A DNA stretch of 64,000 bases, from positions 62,001-126,000 of the forward strand of contig RSEE01000117.1 in assembly GCA_003971905.1 (NCBI GenBank). The letters run 5' to 3'. The position numbers were made by a program, and so were the translations under genes. Positions 40,201 to 52,755 of the stretch are shown piece after piece. The notes under the pieces are model-generated. The model did no database searches. It saw nothing but the letters and a program-made list of their open reading frames with translations, and was not told the DNA's origin. How positions within the stretch are numbered: position 1 is the stretch's first letter; every line of letters starts with the position of its first letter. The stretch is from Moniliella sp. 'wahieum' (lineage: Eukaryota).

Positions 40201-42189
40201 AATGCGTTGGAAAAATACTTAAACCCGTCGTCCCGCACCAAGTCATACTGACAGGACCGGTCCACCGCCAGGATGCGTGCCCAAATGTAGATCAGTACAG
40301 GCTTGAGATCGAGCGCGGGATTGAAGCAGCTTAAGCACATAGGGGAAAATCCCAATGCTTAGTGCTTGGTTCACCGCCCAGGGGCCCAAGTCCAAGAAGG
40401 AGGAAAGAAGGACAAGAGCACGAAGACGATGTACTTGGGAGAGGAGAACCTGAAGCACAACAGGTAGCTGCTCAGGCGGCTCCCGCACTGGTTCGCCCAC
40501 ATCGTCCTCGTACTCGAACGTTTCTGCTATTACTACCCCGAGTCGCCCATGGGCCGACGGTTCATGGGCGTCCGCGAGGCCCCAGCCTGTAGGATCCAGA
40601 CCTCAAACGCAGATAGTTGATCCGTGAAGAAGGATGAGGACTTGTGCTCCACCCCTTCGAGCTCGGGTGGAATGGGGGTGTTGTTCTGGGCAAGGGCCAT
40701 GGCGGCGTTGGCGTGCCTCACGAGCAACGGCAGCTGCTGGATCATCTGGTCCAAGGCCATATCCCAGTCGGCCCACATGCGGTGGTTGTGAGTTTCGGGC
40801 AGGGCCGGGTGACTAACGGGGGTGCAGTGGTACAGCCGCATAATTCGTTCAGCCAAGAGAAAGTTGCGCATCAAGGCAGCAACCAGCAAGTCATCTCGGA
40901 ACAGGCGGCGGAACAAGGGGCGAGGGAAGGTGGACCATGCAATCGTATCGGTGATGGAAGTGAAGATCCAGTTCAGTTCGCCCAGGGGAGTACGACGATC
41001 TTGCAGTCGGCCCGGAATATCCATAACAAGCTGAAGATCGGTATTGGAGTTGAGCTTGCTGTTCTGGATCATGTAGACCCGCAGACTCGTCTCGATAGGC
41101 GAGGTCAGACATGAAGTGAACAGGTCGGCCGGCAGCTCTGGCGCAGTGGGGAGCGTCTCGTCCGCAGCACAGGCTGCGAGGTGGATTGACTCGCGAACCG
41201 GGAACGAATCGGTTGCACCTTGCGTACCGGACGCCCCCCCGAGGCAGGGGCGGTGTTCGGATCCCCCGAGGCAGCGGGAGTTGTCCCGTTGGAGCCACTC
41301 TTCTCCTGCCCTGCAGCGGCGGCGGCGGCAAGGGCAGCGCGTCGCTCGGCAAGCCGATGACTGTGGTTGACAATGTTACCGGCATTGCTTGCATCCCATA
41401 CATAGATGCATGGGCTACCGAGCGATGTTTGGAGTTCTGCGAGGGTGACGGGAATGTACTGGGTGTAGGCGCGGTTGAATACCCAAATCTCACCGCTGGG
41501 GGTAGGACGGGGTACGCCATACCCATTGTAGTAAAAGAGCACACGTTCGTCCTTGGCGACGCGCCGTTGATTGGCACAGTTGCGCTTCATTTCCTCAACG
41601 ATCGGATCGGGAAAGACCTTGTACCTGTTCTTGTACTGAGTGTCTCAAACTGGGTTTGCAACGCCCTGCCGATCGTATTGAGGGCCTTGGAATTCTCCAG
41701 CTCGCTGGGTTCGATCCAGCAAAGCATGCTGGCTGATGGCTGGGCACGGTTCGCATCGGGAGGCTCGACACCAATGTTGAGGCACAATGTGAGGCTGGCA
41801 ACAATAGTCCTGAGGCGATCCTTCATACGCCAGTCGGGCGCATCACGCGGGTCACGCGGGCGGGGAAGACCATCGGTGCGATGACGGCGGTGTGTAGAAC
41901 GTGATGTAGTTGATGGGGACCGGTGGGTCGGGGGCAAGGTCGTCAGCACGGAGGAGCAGGGCGCCGTGGCGGAGCTGCTCGGCCTCGGCCAGCAGGGCGG
42001 CATGATGGGCCTGAGGATCAACAGCATCAGGGGCGGCATTGGGATCGGACGGGGGGCTGGGGCTGGGGCTGGGACCAGCGTCGGCAGCGGGATGGGGACC
42101 GAGGGTGCCGGGCGCAGGGTGGGAGAGGCCGTTGGTGAGGGGTGGGTGGGGTGGAGGCGGCCGTTGGGGGCGGCAGAGGCGGTGGCCAT
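37219..42189 (-). CDS. KOG1: TORC1 subunit Raptor
   Basis: WRMKDRLRT...[79 protein letters not shown] repeats and C-terminal WD40 repeats; many frameshifts. Confidence 0.96.
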
Positions 42190-42506
42190 GGCGCGTGGCG
42201 CAGCACGCAGCACGGGCGAGCGGCAGCGGTTCGAGGCACGAGAGGAGGTGGAGGCGGAGAAAGGAGAAGCACCGTCCAAAAGGGGGATCGATTACTAGCT
42301 GGCTGCCTGGATGCCTCCCGGGCAGCTGGCGGACCGAACAGCGCGGCAGCCAGCGGTCAGCTGACCACCCGTCCCAAGCAGCCCGGCGAATACGTAAGCA
42401 GTAATAAGCCCCGCTGCACCCCAACGATCATCGATCATCGATCATCATCGATCAACGTTCAACGCGTGTGGCTTCCCATTATGGTACGCAGTGTGCACAT
42501 CACCAG

Positions 42507-42587
42507 GGACGGCTGGCGCAATGGTAGCGCGTCTGACTACGACTGGTTGTAATCAGGAGGTTGCAGGTTCGACCCCTGCGTCGTTCG
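42507..42587 (+). tRNA. tRNA-Arg(ACG) with 9-nt intron (42543-42551)
   Basis: Acceptor GGACGGC/GTCGTTC, D arm GCGC-AATGGTA-GCGC, anticodon arm TCTGA-CT-ACG-A^A-TCAGG, T arm GCAGG-TTCGACC-CCTGC; oligo-T at ~42607. Confidence 0.92.
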
Positions 42588-42606
42588 ACCCGACTTGGGC
42601 GTCCTA

Positions 42607-42612
42607 TTTTTT
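42607..42612 (+). terminator. Pol III oligo(T) terminator of tRNA-Arg
   Basis: T run about 20 nt after the tRNA 3' end. Confidence 0.7.
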
Positions 42613-42799
42613 GCTTTGCGATATTATTTTTTCAGAACTCCATTTCATTTGCATCATAACATGGACCGAAACCGAGACGCATGCTTCATCAGGTGAGCCT
42701 CTCGTCCACCAGGCTGCCTCATCCACCTGGCTTGCCCATCCAACCGACCCGCGCTTGCCGCAGCCTCCCACAGCTCACGCCCCCTCGGTATCATTCCAT

Positions 42800-43755
42800 T
42801 CACTTTTGCAGCGCAAACACTGCCGTCCAGACATCAAGTGTGGCCACAGGCTCCCCCTTGGGAGGGGTGACCTTCTGGAGCGCTTCCAGCGCCTCCGCGT
42901 ACACCTTTTCCTGAGCGTCCCCTGCCTGCTCTGCTGCGGCACGGAGGGCACGCAAATGCGCCCTCGCAGTGCCCACTTCCCATAATCCGTCATTAAGGGC
43001 TGGGGAGGGTAGTACCTTTTGCCGAATGAGCTCGTACCCATTTTGCCGCATCAGCTTCACCACCTCAGGGACAGGCAGCACGGTGCGGATGTTGCCCTCC
43101 GGAATGGGGAAAGTGCGTTGGATATTGACAGCCATGCGATGGGCTGGAGCAGTGGAGCTTCCATCCAGGTCCCACTCAGCCAGACAAATGTATGGGACAC
43201 CCTTATCTTTAGCGCTTGTGATCATGGCGCGCACCGCCTCCTCGTTGGCAAAGTACCAAAGAGAGTGTAGGAGGACCAACACATCTACTTCGGGAAGAGA
43301 GGGAAGGAGGCTTGCGTCGCCCTGGTGAAACTCAAGGAAGGAGCCTAAGGGTCCACTGCGGAGATGGGCTTGTGCCTGTCCAAGGGTGAAGGGACTGCCA
43401 TAGTCGAGCCTGAACAAAACAATGTCAGCGCCAGTGCTTAGTCTTGCCTTCTCACCATGAAGAAGACGTACGAGCCAGGGTCAATGCCATAAACTTTGCC
43501 CTGCCCCTTCTTGCTCATGATCGAGGCCAAGACGGCCGTTGCGTCGCCTTGTCCGCACCCAAGCTCGGCCACCCTCTGAAATTCAGCCTCGCCAAACTCA
43601 TGGGAGTGGGAAGGCTCGGGGGTCAGCCAGGCACGCAGGATCTCGATCCGCTCTTGAGTCTGACGGGCTTGCTCAGTCTTCCCTGATTCGTCAGGGAGGG
43701 CACACAGGCTGGCAATTGCCTGGGCGTCCAGGCTGTCAAGAAGGGAGATCGACAT
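42800..43755 (-). CDS. Class I SAM-dependent methyltransferase (UstM-like fungal family)
   Basis: VAELGCGQGDATAVLA, VYGIDPG, DYGSPFTLGQAQAHL, LLHSLWYF, LAEW, NIRT; intron ~43411-43470; ATATAAA on the minus strand at 43805-43811. Confidence 0.85.
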
Positions 43756-44991
43756 CTTGGAAGTTAAGAGCTAACTTTGGCGCCATTCCCCGAATGGGGG
43801 AGCCTTTATATCGAAGCGTTGGTGTGGCTATCACATCACACGGTTCCCAGAGCGCACGCGTTCACGGCCATAAGCTACAAGTCACTAGGCAGCTCTAGTC
43901 GACAATCGATAAATGTCCAATGTTCAACGTTCAACGTGTTCAATTACTAAACGTGCAATTTCGTCCAATAGATTTGAACTGCAATAGACTCGAACGCACT
44001 CATTCGAGTCATTCAAGTCGCAACAGCATCACATGGTATACCACCGCCATCATTCGACAACCCACATGAGCGATTGAGCAAGCTATCGGCTGCCGTTGGG
44101 GGTCCATTTCCCCGTTCCTTGTGGTCGCCAGTAGTATAGGCATGTCCTATGTTCTTCCAATAAGGTATTAACTTGTCCAACTCATGGGCGACTGCGGGCG
44201 TGCCAGCCTGTGCCAACCCGGACGCCTGCTGAACCACCGCGGGTGGCTCTCGTGTGTTTTGGCCAACATCCCTTCAGTCTCTCCAGGTCCCTCCTGAGCC
44301 TCAGGCCTCGCAGTTCCGTTGTTTTCTCGCTTCTGTTTTCCGCCGCAACCTAGCCCGGCCTAACCCCTGGTGACCACTGACTGCTTCTTGTTTCTCAGTT
44401 GGATTGCATCACCCTCGAGGATCATCAGGACTCTAGGTCTCATCAGTACCATCAGTGCCGATACGCCCCCCGTGCCATCGTCTCTCTTGTGTATTGAGTT
44501 CAATGCCATGTCTACGGCAAGAGCGGGCTGGCCGTCTAACTGCTGAGCCTCAAAAGCATTGCATAACTCAGGTACGCATTACGTCTAAATGTTCGAGGAC
44601 GGGCGACAAGCAAACGAAGGTGTATGTTGCTAGCCCTTGCGGGAGGTTAGCGCCCGCAATCCGAGCCATTCTGTTTATCGCTTATCGCTGCTAGGCCCCA
44701 GTTTGCACCCCAGTCCGACGACAATGAGAAGGCCATTGCGGCAATATTTCCCTGACGTTCGTTCGTCTGGGAAAACGACTGCTCATTTCCCAAAAACTAT
44801 GACGAAGTGCCTGAAGCACACGACAGCCTGTAGGCTGAATGAGAGCCATAGAAGCAATATGCGTCAACGATCCTTGGCGGACCAAGGTTTTGGGTGTACA
44901 GGGAGCACCGCTGATGCTCAGAACGCCCCCAGGGAGGCTACTTGAAATAGAGAACCTCCAGACCAGAGGGGCAGGAATGGTTGAGTCCAAC

Positions 44992-45426
44992 TTAGTTCTT
45001 CGGGGCGATCTCCGAGACCTCGAGGCCGGGGGGAAGGGACTGCTTGAGCTTGGCAGCCATCTCGGCGTCCTTGAGAACAAGAGTGTAGAGGTTCTTGCTG
45101 GTGCGGAGCTTGAACTTGTAGACCTTGTTGTCCCCCTTCTTGCTCTTCTTGCCCTTCTTAGCGACAACGGAGGGCTTGACCACAGAAGTCTTCAGGCGCG
45201 CCGCAGTCGCATCCTTGCGGCGGGCGAACTCGAGGAACTGCTTGATCTCAGTGATTTGCTTGGGCTGGAATCGAAGAGTAAGTCAGTACACCGCTTGCGG
45301 CCTGGTACATATCCCGGGCCAAAACAACCACCTCTCCCTGATGAGAATTGCCCTCAGTGGGGTAAGGCAGGGATACCGCAGGGATAAAGCAGCTGTGAGC
45401 AGCAGGGGCATGCGCGTACTCACCAT
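44992..45426 (-). CDS. RPL38: 60S ribosomal protein L38 (eL38); exon 1 is the ATG only, intron 45423-45265
   Basis: [20 protein letters not shown]...[35 protein letters not shown]^GTGAGT donor, CTGAC branch point, CCAG acceptor. Confidence 0.95.
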
Positions 45427-45869
45427 CGCGATTAGTGTCCGAGTACTTGGCAACAAGCAAGCTGGGCCGCGCCAACTTCCTAGCAACGGCTTCGAGTGTT
45501 AACCCTACAGTGACCCAGGAGATTCCCAACCCTATCGGTTTCCTGGCGCAATAAAACGGGTCCGTCAAGCGTGAAATGTTGCATTCGCTTTGCCACGCCC
45601 GGTTTACCCCACCTTCCCTCCCCCCCTACGAATCCGTCTACATCACTTGCACGAGGATAGCCGCAGCGGTAAGGTGGCGCGGCACGTCTACGCTTCTTCC
45701 CGCACGGTATGATACAGATGGGGCTCTATTTTCCAGATGATGAATGATGCATGATGGGAAGGGGGCACCAAGAATCGCATGCTGCCACCCGTATTTTGAC
45801 ATCACCTTTGCTGTCGAAGTACGAGACAAGCGAGCAAGCCGAGGCCCGCCCCCAACAACCCACCCAGGG

Positions 45870-47582
45870 TTAAAGCCAGTCGATGACTTGGTAGGGGAGG
45901 CTCGGCTCGCTCAGACATTGCGGGCGAGGCCGACCGGGTAAGGTGGGAAAGCAAGGTGGCATGCTGGTTAGATAAGAGCTGCCAACGTAGATCTTGTGCC
46001 TGCTCCCAGTCCTGTGCGCAGCGGTGTCCGACGCTAGCATGGCCTCCAGTTGGGTCAGACGCACAGCAAAGTCATCCTCGTCACCCTTGTTCGCTGCATG
46101 TCCATCTGCCCGGCCATTGGATGCGCCATTGGACGGAAGCAAAAGAGCTTCTAGTGCGCTCAATCGTAGCTCAAAGTCCGACGGCTCCGTGGCATCCCGT
46201 TCCGGTTCCATATGCCCATTGAGTCTTGGTTCAGGCTCAGAGGTTTCAACGAAAGTATCCTCACTGGCGATGCTTGCATCATCCCCCCCGTCGTCCTTAG
46301 GAAGAGACTCGATATACTGACGCAACTCTGCCAGGTCCGATTGAAGGCGTTCCTGCTGCTCCACGGTCGAGTCAAGAATGCGCATCCTCTCGGTCTGGGC
46401 CTGGAGGGCGGTCTGCACAGCCTGTAAGGTCTTCTGCAGCGCCAACACCTCGCTCGAGACTTCGCTTGCCTGGGGTGAGGGGACAGATCGTGCCTCGTGT
46501 TCCGGCGCAACTGATTGGTGCGCCTGCTCCAACCCAGAGCGGGCCTGGTTGATCACTGCCCCAGTTTTGCGACTTTGTTGGATCTCGCTCTGGAGTCGCA
46601 CAAGGAGTCGGTCAAACGACATGGTCGCCTGCCCCCCTCCCGGCCTAACAGATTGCCGTGGGTTGCCACCCACAGCACCTTGGCGCATGTACATCGGCGG
46701 TCCCTCGGATGAAGGACCGATCCCGATCCTACACCGCCCATACCGCCAACACTCCCATCCGAAGTATCCGTTGCGCCGGTTTGAGCGGCTACCAAGGCGG
46801 GCGGAGGACGACCGCCATGGTAGATCCGGCCAAAGTCAGAGCGAGCCAGAAGCGCCTCCTCCGCTGTGGAGAGTATCTGGACCTTGCAAGATACCTTGTG
46901 GTGGAGGATGGTGTGGTTATCCTCGCCAGCAATGTCGATTCCAAACTCGACCAAGTCATCCGAATGGAGCGGGAAGGCATTACTCTCTTGACCATCGCCA
47001 CTCAGGCGCTCGCCATTAAGGAACGTGCCATTTGAGGACTTGATATCTTTGATCCATACCTATGCACCGTGTCAGCAATCTTTCAAGGAAAGACGGAGGA
47101 GCAGGACGAACTTGGTCATTCTCCAGCCAGATCTCAGCATGCATCCGACTCAGCACCTTGGAGTCAAAGTACCCATTGGTAGGCGATGGGGAAGTTTTGT
47201 TGTTGGTTTTGCCGGCCAATCCGGATTCGCCCGTTCCCGAGAGCAATCTGTTTGGGAAAGAAGCTGTCGTCTACCGAGAAGAGATGGAGAGCGGGGTAGA
47301 TGAGCTCGTCGGGATAGGGATAGGCGGGGTTGGGTTGGCTTGTCGGTGGTTGAGGGCTTGCGGAGGACTCGGACGCTGGTTGGATGTGCGTTTGCTGCTG
47401 CAAGGCCGGTTGCATGGGCGCCACTGGTGCCGATGATGGCGTTTGAAGGGCGCGTAAGTTCGTTGTGCCAGAGGCAATGGTCGTGGTTGGGGCTGCGGAT
47501 GTGATTGCTGTGGGGCGGGGGCGGGAGGGGGGTACGTTTCATCAGTTGGTGGAAGGGAGGGGGAAGGGTCTGCGGAGGGCAT
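45870..47582 (-). CDS. FHA-domain coiled-coil protein (Far10/Vps64/SLMAP-like, STRIPAK subunit)
   Basis: IRIGRQ, NGYFDSKVLSRMHAEIW, IKDIKSSNGTFLNGERLS, VEFGIDI...ILHHKVSCKV, SFDRLLVRLQSEIQQSRKTG, then coiled coil; ends approximate. Confidence 0.85.
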
Positions 47583-48663
47583 AGGTGGTGGAGAAGGCGG
47601 AGGGTACGCAGTGGTGTCAGAACCTAGTGGCGCTCTGACTGTGTTTGGGCGGGAGCGGAGGCAGCAGCGACGACTGGGGCGGGGAGAGCGCATCAGAGGT
47701 TGCTGGGCCTGGGACGGGGGGAGTGAGGAGAGCGGGCATGGCATGTCCGCTTGCTGAGCGCTGGTTATGTTCGGGAAGACGAGAAGAAGCACGTGAATGT
47801 GTGGTGTGTATGGGCGGCAAGTGTGGTGACGTCGGAGGGACGGTTCGGCGGGGCGTGGGTTCACACCAGGTCAATGTGGTGGTAGCTGGGCAAACACTGC
47901 TGGCTAGGCTACACCCTGGAGCTTGGCTTGCATGCTGACGCGTGAAACAGATTAGGTAAGCTGCTAGGACGCGTCTGTGTGCCAGTCGCGTGTTCGGTGA
48001 TGAGTGAGTGAAGTAGATCGCGTAATGAGGCGCCTTAGCTGAATAGGCAAGTCAGTCTGACGCACCTTTGGTAGACGAACATGGGGCTTTCGGTCCCAGT
48101 CTGGGTCTGTGGGGCGGGTCAGTACTAGAGTATACTAGCGCGGGACGCAGAACGTACCCAGCAGTAGCCATTCTCGTAGGTGTACAGCACGACGAACGAG
48201 GCCGTGGCAATATAGACTGAGGTTTTGGGGATCGTGCTTGCGAACAACCTCCTCATTTAGCCTTCGCCGAGCTTTCTCGTCCATCACGTTGGTTAACCCG
48301 TTGGGGTTGGGCGAACCACAGTCATTACCCAAAATGCGTCCCAGCTCAAAGTGCCTGGGGCCTTGAGGCTCAGGCCTGAGGGCCTGGGAGCCAAACGATC
48401 TGTCCTGAATATATGTGGACACTTATACCACTGGGACACATACCCTCTGTTCCGCTTTGTTCCGCTGTCGGGGCCCTGACGCAGGGAGGGTACCGCTACG
48501 CAGGCCCTATCTAGTAGCTGGATTAAAGCGCATTCAATGTTCATTGACTAGTTGTGGTTGTCGATCAGGCCGGCCAGGTCGATCATTGGGCGGTTATGCA
48601 TTATGGTCCCCAGCTTTAACCCTCCTCGTTCCACCATCGCTCAGCGCATCCAACGTGAGCCAC

Positions 48664-51600
48664 ATGCCACCCACACCACCCTCTGCCACTGTCAACGCAC
48701 TGCGCGCCATCCCGCGCGCCCAGCAGAGCGCCCAACATGGCGAACTTGTCCGCTCGTTTCAAGCTTTGGTATGTATACAACATAGCCACTGTTACTCTTC
48801 TCCATTTCTCTCGCCAACATGGCATGCATGCTGACCGATGATCCCCTTCCCGGCATCTGTATGCCCCTAGCTTACTCTGACTCCCGTCAAAACGAGTAGA
48901 GAAGAAGTCTCACGACTAACTAACCCGCAGCTCCAAAAGCAAGGTGCGGATGACCAGTTCGGCGAGGCCCTCGTGCACTCCCTCGTCACCAGCATGGGCG
49001 CGTACCTTCCCGCCGTCGTATGCCTGGGAGAGTTTATCCTCGAGCGCAAATTAAAGGCAACATGGACGCTTGTCAGCGATCCCGCATGTCTGCCAAGCCT
49101 CTAGAGCATGTGCTACCCCCCTCATCGCGTTTCCAATTTATGCGATGGATGTATAGGCTGACCTCCTGAGAAGCCTGTACAGCCCGAGTTTTACGCATGG
49201 CAGATGCTCCTTCGTATCCTGCAAAACAAGACGCTTGATGCTCTAGATGAGATCCAGGACAAGGCACCACCATCAGTCCAACGTGAGTTGCTATCCTTCT
49301 TTGGTCATTTCGGTGTTAAGCTCAACGGCTGACTTTTCTGCCATCATTACATGTATAGTCCGGACCATTATCCTCACCACATTTCTCCCGCATGTAGTTC
49401 AAATTCTGCGGGTCGCCTCCGAGTACCCACATCTTATTACAACCCGGACGACCGAAACAGTATGTTCATATATGCACGTAATACTCGGCATCTGTCTAAC
49501 GACAGTAGTGCGCCATGTCATGCATGGACCTTATGCGAGCTTTTGGAAGTAAGCAACCGTCTCAGATGGCCTCCAGGGTACTCAACCCGTGCGTATCCCT
49601 CCATGTTCGTATCAGAGCACTATTGCTATACTAATGCTGCCCATCAGACCTGCCCTGGGGCGTCTTTTGCTGCACTGCAAGGATTTGAGTGCACTGAAGC
49701 ATTTGGTAGCCATCACTCACTTTCTCCGCCCTGAGAAGAAGGATGATTGGCCACAGTACTTTCGCGATGTGTTTTCGTTCTGGGAGGGAGGTAGTTTTCC
49801 TCTTACTCTTGGATTCCAAAGGGGACTTTTGCTGCCTCTTTCTGGAGGGGACGCTCGGCTTTCGTTTCAAGAACAGCACGAGGAAAATCAACGCATGCAT
49901 CGCAATCCTCAATTCCCTAAAGTCCAACGAAAAGAGTTTTGAGCAGGCTGCACTCCAGCTGGCTCTAGAGTTTACAGATATTGGCGAGGGCCGGCCATTG
50001 TGCACTAGCATTGAGCGCCACGGCCAACAGGGGGTCCAAAAGGGGGTCCTGTGGGTGCAAGAGAGCGGCCCACTCCTTGTTCTGGGTACAGGGGAAACGA
50101 GCCAGGTTTACTCCACGACTTGGGAAGGGGTCAAAGGCATCACACTTGGCACAACACTAGAGTTTACATCCCTCCCTTGGACGGGATGGGGGAGGTTTCA
50201 CCACTCCAAGTTGGAAGTATTATTATGTTGAACAGAGAGGAGACGCGTCAAGCGCTCCAGTCATTCCAATCCCCTCGCCGTCTTCTTCGACCTAATGGAG
50301 GAATTGTGCGTACATTCCTTCCTAATGGATCCGATAGTCCAAATGCACTTAAAAGTGAAGTCCCTCTCAAAAGTGCTATGCCTCTCAAGAAAACTCAACC
50401 TAGTGACCCCTGGGGACCCACTCTCCTCCCTAGTCACCAGGGGTCCACGATTCCGGAACTACCCTGTACCCATTGGATTCGGATATGTCCCACTTCCGTC
50501 CGCACAGCTCTCCACGCAAGCAACAGCTCCCCTTTAGTCCAACGCTGAAAGGATGGACAACAGCCATGTTACCAAGGACCAAACCCCCAAGAATGCGCCC
50601 TTGAATGCAGTTGATGTGGCGGCAAGCTTATAAAGACGGCCGAAGTGCAGGTGGCCACCACCATGCCCAACATGATATCCGATGACCCCATTTCTACCTT
50701 CAATAAATCTCGGAGCACGTCACGAGAGAAGTCCGGATCGGGTGACACGGATGAAACTCAAGTCCATCAGCCGGCGCCTCCCCGTACAAAGCCACGGTAG
50801 ATCCGAGGGTGGATATTACTTATCCTTTGCCTAAGGATCCTCACCCCCCGACCTTGTCCAAGCGCCCTGCGGATGAGTCTTTCTCTCCGCGTGGGAAACA
50901 CCCACGCGGACCTCTAGTACCAATTTCGAAGATTCTAGACCCCGAAACCATCCGGAAGATGCAGGTTCCTGCAATGAGGGAATCCTCGTTTTCTGCGAAC
51001 CATGCTCTCCCAGCCCCACCCTGCTCTCTCAACCCACCCTGCTCTCTCAACCCTGCACCCTTATGCCCCAGAGTGACGTTCCCAGTCCCCGTGTGCCTCG
51101 CGGTCCTGAGAGAAAAGAGCTGCCTGCGTGGCATGAGTCTTTCAACATGCTCACCTCCCTGCAGCATTCATCATCAGCAAACTTGCATGTCCAGCCTTCC
51201 GCGGGGAAGAGGTGGGTGATTCCAAGGCAAGAGACGGCTACTGGAGGCTTGGTTTCTCCGTGGAACCATACGCGGGAGACAGGGGACACGGGGCAGTTTC
51301 CGGGACTGCATCGTGTGCTGTCCGTTGCTGCAGAGGTACGTTTTTTCTGATTATTCATTCCTCTTGCATAACAAGGCCCATCTTAGGAAGAAAGTATGTG
51401 GGTACTGACAGACAAAACAGAGCATGTACACGTATCTTGAGGACAAGATCACATTGAGGAAGAAACACGTCCGCACTCTTTTGGAGCAGATGAATGCTTC
51501 TGTCGCACAAGAGATGAGCAAGGTGCAGAGTCTAGTGTGCGTATCCACTTCTATTATGCCTAGAAATACCTCTGACCTATGAAGGGGATATGTGGACGGT

Positions 51601-51764
51601 TTAATAGGCACGAGGCGTATCTTGCTTCCCACCGTCTAAGTCAAGTGGCCGAACAGGTGAACGCATCACGCAAACACACATCCTCAGATACACTCCAAAT
51701 GGGACAGCTCTGTGGGCAATTGGAGAGCTGGATGGAGCGCGAGCGCCGGGCACTTCGTGAGTGA
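48664..51764 (+). CDS. Multi-exon hypothetical protein with C-terminal coiled coil (unassigned)
   Basis: Canonical introns (GTATGT 48769...CTGAC...TAG 48870; GTACGT ~51336...CTGAC...CAG 51420), successive plus-strand ORF fragments, terminal helical segment ...QLESWMERERRALRE*. Confidence 0.45.
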
Positions 51765-52755
51765 GAAGGACTTTTGCCTAATAGTGCCGCACAAGCAAAT
51801 CCCCCTGATAGGAGGAGAACTATTGTCTTCGCCTCCCTGTGGTTTCAAAGAACAATAACACACACAACCCGATACCGATAATACATTGAGTCAAAATGGG
51901 TGTCACCGCAGCTACAGGGAGATCTTCTATAGCCTATCGCATCCTATTTTTCAGGAAGATTGTAAGTCGGGGGGCCTCGGTGGAACCGTATTTGGTATTG
52001 GCAACGCCTGGGAGAGAGCAAGGGGCGGATTATACACATAAATATAGAGGCTTTTGCGGCCGAAGAAGAATATGAAGTTGCTAATGGCTAACAGTGTCCT
52101 GTATAGGAGACCTGTGAGTGGATTAAAAGGAGCAACATGAAATTCCCCATTACAAGCTGATACCGTTCCACCCCTGTGGCAAGGCGATGGAAGTAATACA
52201 TCGTGGGGAGAGCGGGTTCTTTGTCATTTCTCACTCTCACTCCACCCAACACGGGTGTTGGTAGTACAGGTGTGCCCAAAGTGATGAAGAACATTTTGCT
52301 CTGACCCAGAGAGAGAAAGTGGGGCATTTGTGGTGGAGGTACCATAGCATGACGGTTGGTTACTGTAGAAACCTCCACATAGCTGATGGGTTGGACGGTG
52401 GATGGATACCGGTGAATCCGAGAGACCCCTCAGCCAGCCCTCTCCGCTGAAGCTTGAAGCCCTGAGACTCGGCCTCAGGCCCGGGGTTGGGGCACGTGAC
52501 CAAGTGGGGCGAGTGAGCCACTGCGGGCACTATACCGCAGATTCAGCGTGGGTAGTACACGGCGTACTTACATCATCAATGCCATCTCCGAGAGTTCAGG
52601 TTCAGGGTTAACGTTGTTCAGCTTATGTGGCAGCTTGCGGCTGAGGTTAGCCAGGCAGATCTGCCAAAAGTCGCGCTCCTCTCTCGTCTTGCCTCCCTTC
52701 CACCACCATTCACCCCTTGCCCCAACCCCTTCGTCCATCGTCTCCCACCTCCACC

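Noticed and set aside
37219..42189. KOG1 and other broken genes as true pseudogenes or programmed frameshifts
   Set aside because: Protein motifs are fully conserved and breaks fall in homopolymer runs throughout the window, which is typical of assembly error
42800..43755. Ustiloxin-type biosynthetic cluster around the UstM-like methyltransferase
   Set aside because: Neighbours are housekeeping genes (KOG1, tRNA, RPL38); no precursor, DUF3328 or tyrosinase gene is visible
45265..45423. snoRNA inside the RPL38 intron
   Set aside because: No box C (RTGATGA) on the sense strand and no convincing H/ACA structure
44355..45510. Telomere-template-like CTAACCC/TAACCCTA words
   Set aside because: Isolated single occurrences expected by chance; no tandem telomeric repeats or supporting RNA structure
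51940..52378. Small minus-strand spliced ORF between the orphan gene and UBC6
   Set aside because: A plausible acceptor exists, but there is no recognisable domain or clear start; unsupported
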